This document shows positions 19,250 through 28,313 of a DNA stretch of 64,000 bases, piece by piece. The stretch is from an uncultured Gemmatimonadales bacterium (GTDB lineage: Bacteria; Gemmatimonadota; Gemmatimonadetes; Gemmatimonadales; GWC2-71-9): the NCBI GenBank assembly GCA_963771275.1, contig CAVYSW010000010.1, positions 320,001-384,000 on the forward strand. Reading direction: 5' to 3'. Made by a program: the position numbers and the translations under genes. How positions within the stretch are numbered: position 1 is the first letter of the stretch; every line of letters begins with the position of its first letter. The notes under the pieces are model-generated. The model ran no database searches. It was not told the origin of the DNA and saw only the letters and a program-made list of their open reading frames with translations.

Positions 19250-21001
19250 ATGACTAAGGCGGCGGTCCCGAGTCCCCTGGATGCGGCGGCCCGCCGCATC
19301 GCCGCGACGGTCCGTCGCGGGTTCGACCGGTATCACGCCGGCTTCCGCGCCATCACACGCCGCGCCCGGGAGCGGTTCGAGGCGGCGGACTGGCGCGGCA
19401 TGCAGGCCGATGCCCGCGAACGGCTCGATCTCTACCCCAGCGTCCTGCGCGACGTCGTGGCCGAGGTGACGGATGAGGAGGGCAGCGGCACACGCGAGGG
19501 GGCGGCGTGGGTGGCGGCGCGGGGACACTATTCGCGGGCGATCGCCGGACACGCGGCCGGGGAGATCGCGGAGACCTTCTTCAATTCCGTCGCGCGCCGG
19601 ATGCTTCACACCATCGGCGTGAATCCCGCAGTCGAGTTCTTCGACTTCCGGTTCGAGCGCCTCCACGCCCCGCCCGCGCCCGAGACGTTCCGATCGCATC
19701 ACGCCGCCGGGGACCTCGTCCCCGCTGTGCGGGCGGCGCTCGCCGGATGTGGCTTCGCCGCGAAGTTCGAGAACCTCGTGCGCGACGCCGCGCTCGTCAC
19801 CCGGCGGATCGAGGCCGATTGGGCCGCCGGCGGCGCCCCGCTCCCCGTCCAGGCGTTGCAGCTCCTGGAGCCCGTCTTCTTCCGGCGGAAGGGCGCCTAC
19901 CTGGTGGGCCGGGTCGTGGGCGGCAACCGCGCCATGCCGCTCGTGATCCCGCTGGTGCACGCCCCCGGCGGCATCCGGGCGGACGCCGTCCTGTCGACGG
20001 ACGACGACGTCAGCATCCTCTTCAGCTTCACGCGGTCCCACTTCCACGCCGACGTGCAGAACCCCGGCGCCGTGATCGCCTTCCTGCGGACGATCATGCC
20101 GGTCAAGCCGGTCGCCGAGCTCTACACGGCGATCGGCTATCACCGCCACGGCAAGACGGAGCTGTACCGGGACCTGCAGCGGCACCTGCTGCGCAGCGAC
20201 GAACGGTTCGACATCGCGCCCGGCACGCCGGGGATGGTGATGATCGTGTTCGCCATGCCCGGCTACGACATCGTCTTCAAGGTGATCCGCGACAGCTTCG
20301 CCCCACCCAAGCAGACGACGCCGGGCGAGGTCAAGCGTCGCTACCAGCTCGTGTTCGCCCACGACCGCGCCGGGCGCCTGGTGGACGCGCAGGAGTTCGA
20401 GGGCCTCGCCTTCCCGCGGACGCGATTCACGCCGCGCCTGCTCCAGGAGCTGCGCGACCATGCGGCGCACGCGGTGCACTGCGCCGGCGAGGAGGTCACC
20501 ATCGCGCACCTCTACACGGAGCGTCGTGTGCGACCGCTCGATCTGTACCTCGCCGATGCCGGGCCGGAGGAGGCGCGCCGGGTGGTGCTCGACTACGGGC
20601 AGGTCGTGCGCGACCTCGCCGCGACCAACGTGTTCCCGGGCGACATCCTGCCCAAGAACTTCGGGGTGACCCGCCACGGTCGGGTCGTGTTCTACGACTA
20701 CGACGAGCTGCGCCTGCTCGGCGAGTGCCGGTTCCGCGTGATCCCCGAGGCCCGCTTCCCCGAGGACGAGCTGAGCGACGAGCCGTGGTTCCACGTCGGC
20801 CCGGACGATGTGTTCCCCGAGACGCTCGAGCGCTTCGTGCCGTTCACCGGCGCCCTGCGCGACGCCTTCCTGGCCGCCCACGGGGCGCTCCATACGGTCG
20901 CGTTCTGGCAGGACCTCCAGGCCCGCAACGCCGCGGGTGAGGTGGTGGATGTCTACCCTTACCCTGAGGAGCGCCGGCTCCATCGTTCGCGGGGCGCGTG
21001 A
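19250..21001 (+). CDS. aceK: Isocitrate dehydrogenase kinase/phosphatase
   Basis: EIAETFFNS, FSFTRSHF, HGKTELYR, APGTPGMVM..FKVIRD and KNFGVTRHGRVVFYDYDE. Confidence 0.94.
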   Translation: MTKAAVPSPLDAAARRIAATVRRGFDRYHAGFRAITRRARERFEAADWRGMQADARERLDLYPSVLRDVVAEVTDEEGSGTREGAAWVAARGHYSRAIAGHAAGEIAETFFNSVARRMLHTIGVNPAVEFFDFRFERLHAPPAPETFRSHHAAGDLVPAVRAALAGCGFAAKFENLVRDAALVTRRIEADWAAGGAPLPVQALQLLEPVFFRRKGAYLVGRVVGGNRAMPLVIPLVHAPGGIRADAVLSTDDDVSILFSFTRSHFHADVQNPGAVIAFLRTIMPVKPVAELYTAIGYHRHGKTELYRDLQRHLLRSDERFDIAPGTPGMVMIVFAMPGYDIVFKVIRDSFAPPKQTTPGEVKRRYQLVFAHDRAGRLVDAQEFEGLAFPRTRFTPRLLQELRDHAAHAVHCAGEEVTIAHLYTERRVRPLDLYLADAGPEEARRVVLDYGQVVRDLAATNVFPGDILPKNFGVTRHGRVVFYDYDELRLLGECRFRVIPEARFPEDELSDEPWFHVGPDDVFPETLERFVPFTGALRDAFLAAHGALHTVAFWQDLQARNAAGEVVDVYPYPEERRLHRSRGA

Positions 21002-21054
21002 ATCCCGAGCCTCCCGACCCCCGTAGGATGATCCGGACCGTGGAGACCCCCGCC

Positions 21055-21388
21055 ATGAAGACGCTGATCAAGCTCGTTGCCGCGTGCCTCCTCGCGCTCG
21101 TCGCGGTGCTTGCTGGTGCGATATCGCTCGGTGGACCCCTGCCGCATGCTGGAGAAGGAGATGGTGACCCGCGTGGAGCGCGGGACCAAGGCCGCGCGCG
21201 ACTCGGTGCGCGAGGCCGCCGGCCGGCTGGGCGGCGAAGACGCGCGGCAGGCGAGCGACCGGGTGGTGGCCGCCGTGGAGAATGTGACGGTGGGGGTTGC
21301 CGCCGGGCTCGCCAAGACCAAGGTGGAGAACATGTCGCGGGGCGAGTGCGTGGCCGAGATGTGGCGCTTGGCGGTGCACGATCGCTAG
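21055..21388 (+). pseudogene. Small secreted/membrane-anchored hypothetical protein with an apparent frameshift near 21110
   Basis: Signal-like MKTLIKLVAACLLALVAV in one frame continues as LLVRYRSVDPCRMLEKE...GECVAEMWRLAVHDR* in another. Confidence 0.55.
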
Positions 21389-21469
21389 CGCGGTGGCCAG
21401 CGGGCCGGGAAGCCGGACAGGAATCCCGCTCCCGGATTCAACACTCGACAACTACTGTGCTGATTATCG

Positions 21470-21494
21470 TAAGATGTTATACAATAACAACTTA
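21470..21494. promoter_or_regulatory. AT-rich imperfect palindrome, copy A
   Basis: TAAGATGTTAT-ACA-ATAACAACTTA; one mismatch between the arms. Confidence 0.65.
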
Positions 21495-21622
21495 TGATGC
21501 TTGTTTAACGTCAAGCATGAAGTGAGGTGACCTGTCCGGTCCGCTCGGGCTGGGGGAGGGAGTGGCGCGGAGGCGGGCACCTGATTCCCGCGGCAGCCAG
21601 GTGACGACGACGGCCCTCGGCG

Positions 21623-23227
21623 CTAGCGCTGGCGTGCGAGCACGAGGTCCCACATTCGCGACTGCCCGAAGTGCATCGCCGTCACCCGGCCTGACCGGTC
21701 CCGGGTAAACCACACGGCCGTGCCTTCCCCTTCGAACCCGTCCGGGTAGGTCGGGCGCAGCCGCTCGACCAGGCCGGCACGCGGGCTCACCGTGAGCGTG
21801 TCGCCGACCGCCTGGACTTGATAGGTGACGTCGAGCTCATCACTCCGGTAGCGCCCCTCGAGCGCCGCCAGGTCCCGAGCGGTGGGTTGCCAGACCCGAT
21901 CGGCCACGAACGTGAAGGTGAGGGTGTCGCCGTCGGACTGCGCGATGCGGAGAGCGGCCGGCTTGCCGCCCGCCCCGTGCTCGATGTGCCAGGTCGCCCC
22001 GCTCGCGGTCCACAGCCAACCGTTGGGAAGCGCGCGGAACCGTCCGGGCAGAGTCGGCGTCACGACCAGCGCGGCGCTCCACCGGTCGTTCCGGTAGACG
22101 CCGGCACCGCGGGCGAACGCCGTCGAATCCACCGCCGTGGTATCCGGGGCGACAGCGGGCGGGAAATCGGTGATCAGCGCGTCGGCGAGCGTGTGCGCAT
22201 ACGACGCGGCGTTGGCGTTTGCCGCGTTGCACAGCACCGCGATCGAGAGGTTCCCCCGGTCGGGATAGCGGGCCAGGAACGTTCGGTAGCCCGCGGTCGC
22301 CCCCCCGTGCGAGATCTCGGGGATGCCGCGATACGTGGTGAAGAACAGACCCAGCCCGTACTCGATCTCCCGGCCGCTGGTGAGGCGCATGCGGTGACTC
22401 AGCGAATCCACCAGCGCGGCACCCAGGGTCTTCTTGGTGAGGGCCTCGTTCCAGATCAGCCAGTCGCCTACGGTCGTGAGGAGCCCTCCGGGGCCGACGA
22501 CGTCTTCGAAGGGCATCTCGAGACGCCACGCGTCGCGCTGGCCCGCATACGCCTGTGCCCGGCCCGGCACGAGCCGCGTGAAGTCGTCCCGCCACCTGGT
22601 GTGCGTCATGCCAAGCGGGCCGAAGATCCGCTGCTCGGAGAACTGCTCGAACGGCTGGCCGCTCACCCGCTCGACGATCGTGAACAGCAGACCGTACCCC
22701 GAGTTGGTGTAGGAGTAGTGGTCGCCCACGGGGTAGTTGAGCGATCGCTGGCGCGTGACGACGTCGAACAGCGCGTCCTGGGTGTGCCGGCGCGAGCCGC
22801 GCGGCCACCCCTGCACGGCGACCAGGGCGCTCCACTCCCGCAGCCCGCTGGTGTGTGTGAGCAGGTGGCGGATCGTCAGGGGGCGTCCGTGGTCCGGCAG
22901 CTCCGGGATGTACTTCCGCACCGGGTCGTCGAGGTTGAGCTTGCCGTCGAGCGCGAGCAGCACGGTCGCGGTCGCGGTGAACTGCTTGGCGACGGAGCCG
23001 GACTCGAAGATCGTCTCAGGCGTGATCGGGGTCCCCGTCTCGAGGTCCGCCATCCCGTAGCCCCGCGTGAGGAGCACGGTCCCGCCCCGCGCGACGCCCA
23101 CGGCGCAGCCGGGCGCATGGGTGGAGTTCCAAGAGCTGAAGGCCCGGTCGGCCAAGGCTGGAAGGTCGGGCTGCTGCGCCGCGAGTGGGATCGGGAACGC
23201 GAGCAGGAACACGAGCACGCGCGACAT
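21623..23227 (-). CDS. Serine hydrolase (beta-lactamase class C/peptidase S12 family), secreted
   Basis: Signal peptide; GSVAK (SxxK), YSYTNSGY and HGG motifs. Confidence 0.92.
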   Translation of the reverse strand: MSRVLVFLLAFPIPLAAQQPDLPALADRAFSSWNSTHAPGCAVGVARGGTVLLTRGYGMADLETGTPITPETIFESGSVAKQFTATATVLLALDGKLNLDDPVRKYIPELPDHGRPLTIRHLLTHTSGLREWSALVAVQGWPRGSRRHTQDALFDVVTRQRSLNYPVGDHYSYTNSGYGLLFTIVERVSGQPFEQFSEQRIFGPLGMTHTRWRDDFTRLVPGRAQAYAGQRDAWRLEMPFEDVVGPGGLLTTVGDWLIWNEALTKKTLGAALVDSLSHRMRLTSGREIEYGLGLFFTTYRGIPEISHGGATAGYRTFLARYPDRGNLSIAVLCNAANANAASYAHTLADALITDFPPAVAPDTTAVDSTAFARGAGVYRNDRWSAALVVTPTLPGRFRALPNGWLWTASGATWHIEHGAGGKPAALRIAQSDGDTLTFTFVADRVWQPTARDLAALEGRYRSDELDVTYQVQAVGDTLTVSPRAGLVERLRPTYPDGFEGEGTAVWFTRDRSGRVTAMHFGQSRMWDLVLARQR

Positions 23228-23243
23228 GGGGATTTCCCCCTCG

Positions 23244-24371
23244 TCAGGAGCCGGAGTCGGCGGCGTCGCCGAGATGCGACGGCACGGGCGGCGGGAAGTC
23301 GAAGCCGAACAGCTTCGGGTTCTGGCCGATCACCGCCGCGGACACCACGGCCAGGACGTAGTTGTACGTCTGTCGCGGCAGCTGGGCTCGGTAGCGCGTG
23401 AGCAGCTGCCAGAAGTTCCGCTCTCGCGGGTTGGCCGGCAGGGACCGGATCAGCGGGAGCAGGTTGGTCTCCCCCCAGTTGTACGCCGCGATGACGAGCA
23501 GGCCCGACGCCTGCGCGTCGGTCGCGTAGATGTCCCGCAGGTACCGCGCGGCCGCGGCCGTGGCCTTCTCGAAGTCCTGCCGATCGTCGGCTGGGTCCGG
23601 ACGCGGCTGGCCGACGAGCGGGCCGGTCTGCAGGCCGTACGCCCGGGCTGTCGCGGGTATGAACTGCCACATGCCCTTCGCGATGCCGGAGCGCGTGCGC
23701 GGCCCCACCGCGTCGGTCCGGAGCTCGCTCTCCTGCAGCGCCAGGTAGAAGAACTCGGGTGGCATGTCATTGGCGAGCATGATCTGGGCGATGCGCGGGC
23801 CATAGCCGTGCTCCGCGGCCCGCGTCAGCGCACCCGTGAGGCGGGTCGTGCCCTGCCACTGTCCGATGAACCGCCGCACCTCCTGCACGAAGTCGCGCGG
23901 GACGTTGATCTCCGACTCGCCGAAGACGTGCGCGGTCCGGTAGATCAGCTGCACCTCGAGCGGCGTCTCCGGCCCGTAGATCCCGAGGTCTTCCAGATAC
24001 TCGCGGTAGCGCGTGGCCAGGTCGGCCCGCCGGGTCTGGTACGAGGCGCGCTCCTCGGCCGTGAGCTGCAGGTGCGAGACGGCCAGCTCCAGTGACTTCA
24101 TCGAGTAGAACACGTCCTCGGCTACCTGCTTCGCGCGCGCGACGCGCCGCTGCTGGACGTACCCGAACGCCAGGGCGCCGAGCCCGATCACCGCGAGGGC
24201 GCCAAGCGCCAGCTGGTAGCGCTGGAATCGGCGCGTGTGTTCCCGGCGCAACACCTGCCGGAGTTCCGCCGTCCAGCGGCTCATGTGCTGCGGCGCGCGC
24301 GTGCCGAGATAGCGCTCGATGAGGTGCCGCTCGGCGGCCTTGTCCGGGGGGTCGGGGGGGGCAGGGGTCAT
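23244..24371 (-). CDS. Membrane-anchored lytic transglycosylase (SLT domain, MltD-like)
   Basis: LALQESE catalytic Glu, GMWQFIPATARAYGL and AAYNWGE; one N-terminal TM helix. Confidence 0.88.
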   Translation of the reverse strand: MTPAPPDPPDKAAERHLIERYLGTRAPQHMSRWTAELRQVLRREHTRRFQRYQLALGALAVIGLGALAFGYVQQRRVARAKQVAEDVFYSMKSLELAVSHLQLTAEERASYQTRRADLATRYREYLEDLGIYGPETPLEVQLIYRTAHVFGESEINVPRDFVQEVRRFIGQWQGTTRLTGALTRAAEHGYGPRIAQIMLANDMPPEFFYLALQESELRTDAVGPRTRSGIAKGMWQFIPATARAYGLQTGPLVGQPRPDPADDRQDFEKATAAAARYLRDIYATDAQASGLLVIAAYNWGETNLLPLIRSLPANPRERNFWQLLTRYRAQLPRQTYNYVLAVVSAAVIGQNPKLFGFDFPPPVPSHLGDAADSGS

Positions 24372-24462
24372 ACGGCGGACAAGATGCACCGGCCGGCCCC
24401 CTGTGGGGAAGGCGGGTGACGCCCGCGCCAAGCATGCAACTTGCCAGGCAGCAAGTGGCGCG

Positions 24463-24490
24463 TTGACAGGCCGCGACCACCTCCTAAGAT
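24463..24490 (+). promoter_or_regulatory. Sigma70-type promoter, probably giving a leaderless transcript
   Basis: TTGACA-16 bp-TAAGAT; GTG lies 7 nt downstream. Confidence 0.6.
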
Positions 24491-24497
24491 TGGCGGC

Positions 24498-24812
24498 GTG
24501 AATTTGCCCAACCCCGTGTGGATGCACGGCCTCGAGCCGGTCGTCGACCGGCGGAGTCGCGAGCGTCGTACCGCCGATCGCCGGCGCCACGCGGGAGCCC
24601 ATCCGCCCGTCGAGCGGCGCGGCGCGCGCGATCGGCGCGTGCGGCAGCGGCGTGAGACGGTCACCGAGCACCTGCGCAACGCGCTGCAGGTGCTCGTGCA
24701 TCTTTCGGCCGGCCGGGTGCTGGATCCGGCGGTCAGCGACGAGGTTGCGGCGGCGATCCGGCGGATCTGGCTTGCCATCCAGGAGCTCGAGCGCCACCGT
24801 CACGGGCACTAG
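24498..24812 (+). CDS. Small Arg-rich protein with repeated D/E-R-R motifs
   Basis: DRRSRERRTADRRR...VERRGARDRRVRQRR followed by two amphipathic helices; promoter directly upstream. Confidence 0.7.
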   Translation: MNLPNPVWMHGLEPVVDRRSRERRTADRRRHAGAHPPVERRGARDRRVRQRRETVTEHLRNALQVLVHLSAGRVLDPAVSDEVAAAIRRIWLAIQELERHRHGH

Positions 24813-25065
24813 GCTTCCAACCAGGATCCCCCCGCGCGCCTCCAGAATCCGCGCGCATCCCTCGGGGGTTCCACAACTCCGTCACCGCAGACAGCGTACA
24901 GCCACGTGGCGCCCGGCCGCCCGGGACCCGTCTGGTGGGGCCGGCCCTGGGCGGTCCGGGTGCCGGATGCCGGTTGAGCGCGTGCGACGCCGGTGCTAGG
25001 CTTCCCACGCTGTGGCGTCTCGGGCATTGGTCCCGATCGCCGGGCGCGTGGGGAAACGGAGGGGC

Positions 25066-26754
25066 ATGAGGCGGGATCGGGTGCTTGAGTGCGTGCCGAA
25101 CTTCAGCGAGGGGCGTGACCTCGCGGTCATTCGGCGGATCACGGATCGGATTGGGGCCGTGGACGGCGTGAAGCTGCTGGACGTCGATCCCGGCGCGGCG
25201 ACGAACCGCACCGTCGTCACCTTCGCAGGCGAGCCGGATGCCGTGGTCGAGGCTGCGTTCCGTGCCGCCGCCGTGGCGGCCGAGTCGATCGACATGCGGA
25301 GACACCACGGCGAGCATCCGCGGTTTGGCGCCACCGACGTGTGCCCGCTCGTGCCGATCGCCGGGATCACGATGGAGGAGACGGCGGGGTACGCGCGGCG
25401 GCTGGCGCAGCGGATCGGCGAGGAGCTGGGGATCCCGGTCTACTGCTATGAAGCCGCGGCGTCGGACCCGCGGCGCCGCAACCTGGCCGACGTGCGCGCC
25501 GGCGAGTACGAGGGGCTGCGCGACAAGCTCGCGGACCCCGCCTGGCGGCCCGACTTCGGGCCGCTCGAGCTCAATGCCCGCGCGGGCGCCACGGCAGTCG
25601 GGGCCCGCAAGCTCCTGGTTGCCTACAACGTGAACCTCAACACGACCTCAACGCGCCGGGCTAACGCGATCGCGTTCGACGTGCGCGAGCGCGGGCGGGT
25701 CGGGCGTCGCGGCGACGCCCTCGACGGCGAGATCGTGCGCGATGCGCGGGGCGAGCCCGAGTGGATCCCCGGCTCGCTCGCCGCGGTCAAGGCGATCGGC
25801 TGGTACATCGCGGAGTACGGCATCGCGCAGGTCTCGATGAACCTGACGGACCTGGACATCACCCCGATCCACGTCGCGTTCGACGAGGTGGTGCGCCGGG
25901 CCGACGCGCGCGGCATCCGGGTCACGGGCTCCGAGATCGTGGGGGTGGTGCCGCTCGCCGCCATGCTGGAAGCCGGCCGGTACTTCCTGCGCAAGCAGCA
26001 GCGCTCGACGGGCGTGTCGGACGGCGAGCTGATCAGGATCGCGGTACGCTCGCTCGGTCTCAACGATCTCAGGCCCTTCAACGCGGAGGAGAAGATCATC
26101 GAGTACGCACTGGCGGATCGGGCACAGCCCCGGCTCGTGGACCGCTCCCTCGCAGCGTTCGTCCACGAGACCGCGTCGGAGTCTCCCGCGCCGGGCGGCG
26201 GCTCGGCGTCCGCGGCCGTCGGCGCGCTCGGTGCGGCGCTCGGCACGATGGTGGCCAATCTTTCCGCCCACAAGCGCGGCTGGGACGACCGCTGGGAGGA
26301 GTTCACCGGCTGGGCCGAGCGCGGCAAGCGCTGTCATGACGAGTTGCTCGCGCTGGTGGACGAGGATACCCGGGCCTTCAACCAGGTGCTCGCCGCGTTC
26401 GGGCTACCCAAGGAGGCGGAGGAGGAGCGCGTGGCCCGCACGCAGGCGATCCAGGACGCGACGCGGGGTGCGATCGAGGTGCCGCTCCGCGTCATGGAGG
26501 TGTCGGTCGCCGCGATGGAGGTCATCGCGAAGATGGCGGAGATCGGAAACCCGAACTCGGTGTCCGACGCCGGGGTCGGGGCGCTGTGCGCCTGTGCGGC
26601 CGTGCGCGGTGCCGGACTCAACGTCCGGATCAACGCGCCGGGGCTCAAGGACCGGGGCTACGTGGTGGACGCCATCGCCCGGGCCGAGGCGCTCGAGCGT
26701 CAGGCTCTCGAGCGGGAACGCGAGACCCTGGCGCTGGTGCGGAAGGCGGTCTGA
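25066..26754 (+). CDS. ftcD: Bifunctional glutamate formimidoyltransferase / formiminotetrahydrofolate cyclodeaminase
   Basis: ECVPNFSEGR, HPRFGATDVCP, SPAPGGGS and GNPNSVSDAGV. Confidence 0.94.
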   Translation: MRRDRVLECVPNFSEGRDLAVIRRITDRIGAVDGVKLLDVDPGAATNRTVVTFAGEPDAVVEAAFRAAAVAAESIDMRRHHGEHPRFGATDVCPLVPIAGITMEETAGYARRLAQRIGEELGIPVYCYEAAASDPRRRNLADVRAGEYEGLRDKLADPAWRPDFGPLELNARAGATAVGARKLLVAYNVNLNTTSTRRANAIAFDVRERGRVGRRGDALDGEIVRDARGEPEWIPGSLAAVKAIGWYIAEYGIAQVSMNLTDLDITPIHVAFDEVVRRADARGIRVTGSEIVGVVPLAAMLEAGRYFLRKQQRSTGVSDGELIRIAVRSLGLNDLRPFNAEEKIIEYALADRAQPRLVDRSLAAFVHETASESPAPGGGSASAAVGALGAALGTMVANLSAHKRGWDDRWEEFTGWAERGKRCHDELLALVDEDTRAFNQVLAAFGLPKEAEEERVARTQAIQDATRGAIEVPLRVMEVSVAAMEVIAKMAEIGNPNSVSDAGVGALCACAAVRGAGLNVRINAPGLKDRGYVVDAIARAEALERQALERERETLALVRKAV

Positions 26755-26757
26755 CGG

Positions 26758-27462
26758 CTACAGGCCGATCTTCAGCAGCTCGTGGCAGCGCGCGCAGGTG
26801 CCCAGCAGCTGCCCGTACAGCTCGGCCCGCGTCGCGGGGTCGGACGCCATTAACGCCCGCGCCCCGACGTCGTGCACCGTCCAGGCGAGCTCGGTCACGG
26901 GCTCGTACTGCTCGACGTCGCGGGTGAGCGCGTCGGTATAGAGCGGCGCGTCGTACAGCACGCCCGCGCCGGCCCTCCACGCGGTGTCAGACGGCCCGAT
27001 CAGGCCTTCCCACAGACGGTCGGCGGCCCAGCGATGCCGCTGCATCCGCGTCGCGACGGGCGCCGCCCCGGCAGGCGGGCCGGCGGCGACCAGATAGCGG
27101 GGCCCGCGCTTCATGGCCTTGTGGCATGAGCCGCACGTGGCGCCCAGCCGGGCCACGGCCGACCCGGCGGTGGCAACGTCCGGCGCCCGAGCGGCGAGCC
27201 CGGCGAACGCGTTCAGCTGCTCGATGTAGGCCCGCGCCCGAGCCGCCATGCCCTGGCCGGTCTCTTCCCGTCTGATCGCTTCGGCTTGCACGCGCGCCTC
27301 CGCCAGGTTTCCGGTGGCGACGGCGGCGTTCAACTCCCCGGCGCGCGAATAGTGCCCGCGCATCCGCGGGGCCACTTCGGGGCCGGTCTTGGGGGCGCAC
27401 CCCATCGACCCGGCGACCAGAACGACCAGCGCGGGGCCGAGCCATCGCTGCACGGCAGGCAC
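26758..27462 (-). CDS. Dihaem c-type cytochrome, probable lipoprotein
   Basis: Two CxxCH motifs (CGSCH, CARCH); hydrophobic N-terminus ending SMGC; GGAGG RBS before GTG. Confidence 0.8.
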   Translation of the reverse strand: MPAVQRWLGPALVVLVAGSMGCAPKTGPEVAPRMRGHYSRAGELNAAVATGNLAEARVQAEAIRREETGQGMAARARAYIEQLNAFAGLAARAPDVATAGSAVARLGATCGSCHKAMKRGPRYLVAAGPPAGAAPVATRMQRHRWAADRLWEGLIGPSDTAWRAGAGVLYDAPLYTDALTRDVEQYEPVTELAWTVHDVGARALMASDPATRAELYGQLLGTCARCHELLKIGL

Positions 27463-27560
27463 GTCAGCCTCCCTTCCGATGGGTATTCTAGTATGGCACA
27501 TGGCGTGTGAAATCTCCGTGCAGCCAGCGTGAAGGTTCGCGCCGGCTCGTGCCTGCGCCC

Positions 27561-27619
27561 TGACGGGAAGGGGGAAACGGGAAACGAGAAGCGGAGGCCT
27601 CGTTTCCCGTGTCCCGTCA
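27561..27619. repeat. GGGAAAC heptamer inverted array (hairpin), possible terminator
   Basis: tgacgggaag-ggggaaac-gggaaac-gag ... ctcgtttcccgtgtcccgtca. Confidence 0.7.
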
Positions 27620-28060
27620 CCCCTCGGGCTCCCCGATGCGGAGCACCGCCTCCCGCACCTCCTCCGGCAGCGCGGTCTTCCGCCCCGTCCCATAGTCGTA
27701 CGCCACGATCACGGCCGTGCCCTCGGCCACCGTCGCCTGCTGCGCCAGCGACACGACCCGGTAGCCCATCGTGAAGCGGTCGTCGCGCACGTCAAGCGCG
27801 CGGGCGCCCACCAGCACCTCGTCGGGGTGGTACAGCGGCCGGCGGAAGCGGCAGTCGGTCGAATGGAGGATCGCGCCGATCCGGTCCCGCTCGTACGTGG
27901 CGAGGAAGCCGCAGCGGTCGAGGTACGCCATGCGCGCCGTCTCGAAGAAGCGGAAGAAGACCGTGTTGTTGACGTGGCCGTACGCGTCCATCTCGCCCCA
28001 GTGCACCAGGGCGCGGATCACGACGGGATAGTCGGCGAGGTCCGGGTGCTGAATGTCCAA
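27617..28060 (-). CDS. Acyl-CoA thioesterase (YbgC/FadM hotdog family)
   Basis: WGEMDAYGHVNN motif; start codon uncertain. Confidence 0.9.
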   Translation of the reverse strand: MDIQHPDLADYPVVIRALVHWGEMDAYGHVNNTVFFRFFETARMAYLDRCGFLATYERDRIGAILHSTDCRFRRPLYHPDEVLVGARALDVRDDRFTMGYRVVSLAQQATVAEGTAVIVAYDYGTGRKTALPEEVREAVLRIGEPEG

Positions 28061-28150
28061 GGTTCAAGGTCCAGTACTTAGTGAACAAGGGGACTGCGGA
28101 TCGCAGATCGCAGCATGGCGACACCTGGCGCTGCACGCTGCACGCTGCGT
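28050..28150. repeat. Three short heptamer runs downstream of the tRNA
   Basis: tccaagg-ttcaagg-tccag; gcggatc-gcagatc-gcagc; cgctgca-cgctgca-cgctgc. Confidence 0.6.
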
Positions 28151-28159
28151 GTTCTCGCA

Positions 28160-28246
28160 CGGAGAGGGTGGGATTCGAACCCACGATACCGTTACCGGTA
28201 TACCGGTTTTCGAGACCGGCTCCTTCAACCACTCGGACACCTCTCC
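28160..28246 (-). tRNA. tRNA-Ser(CGA), CCA not encoded
   Basis: GGAGAGGTGTCCGAGTGGTTGAAGGAG-CCGGT-CTCGAAA-ACCGG, long variable arm, GGTTCGAATCC, CCTCTCCG; TATAAT upstream at 28257-28262 on the minus strand. Confidence 0.97.
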
Positions 28247-28313
28247 CGGAGCGGGGATTATAGACGGTCCGCGGATCCGATACCAGGGTGTGCGAGCGTT
28301 ATCTTGCTGCTGT

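Noticed and set aside
17495..20983. 1162-aa ORF suggesting a giant malate synthase fusion
   Set aside because: The N-terminal 629 codons are the antisense of aceK and the spacer; AceB similarity starts at 19096
24809..25005. 10-bp direct repeat CTAGGCTTCC flanking about 180 bp, a possible target-site duplication
   Set aside because: No terminal inverted repeats and no second copy of the interior; could be chance
28160..28246. tRNA-Ser as an island integration site
   Set aside because: No integrase and no duplicated 3' end found in the window
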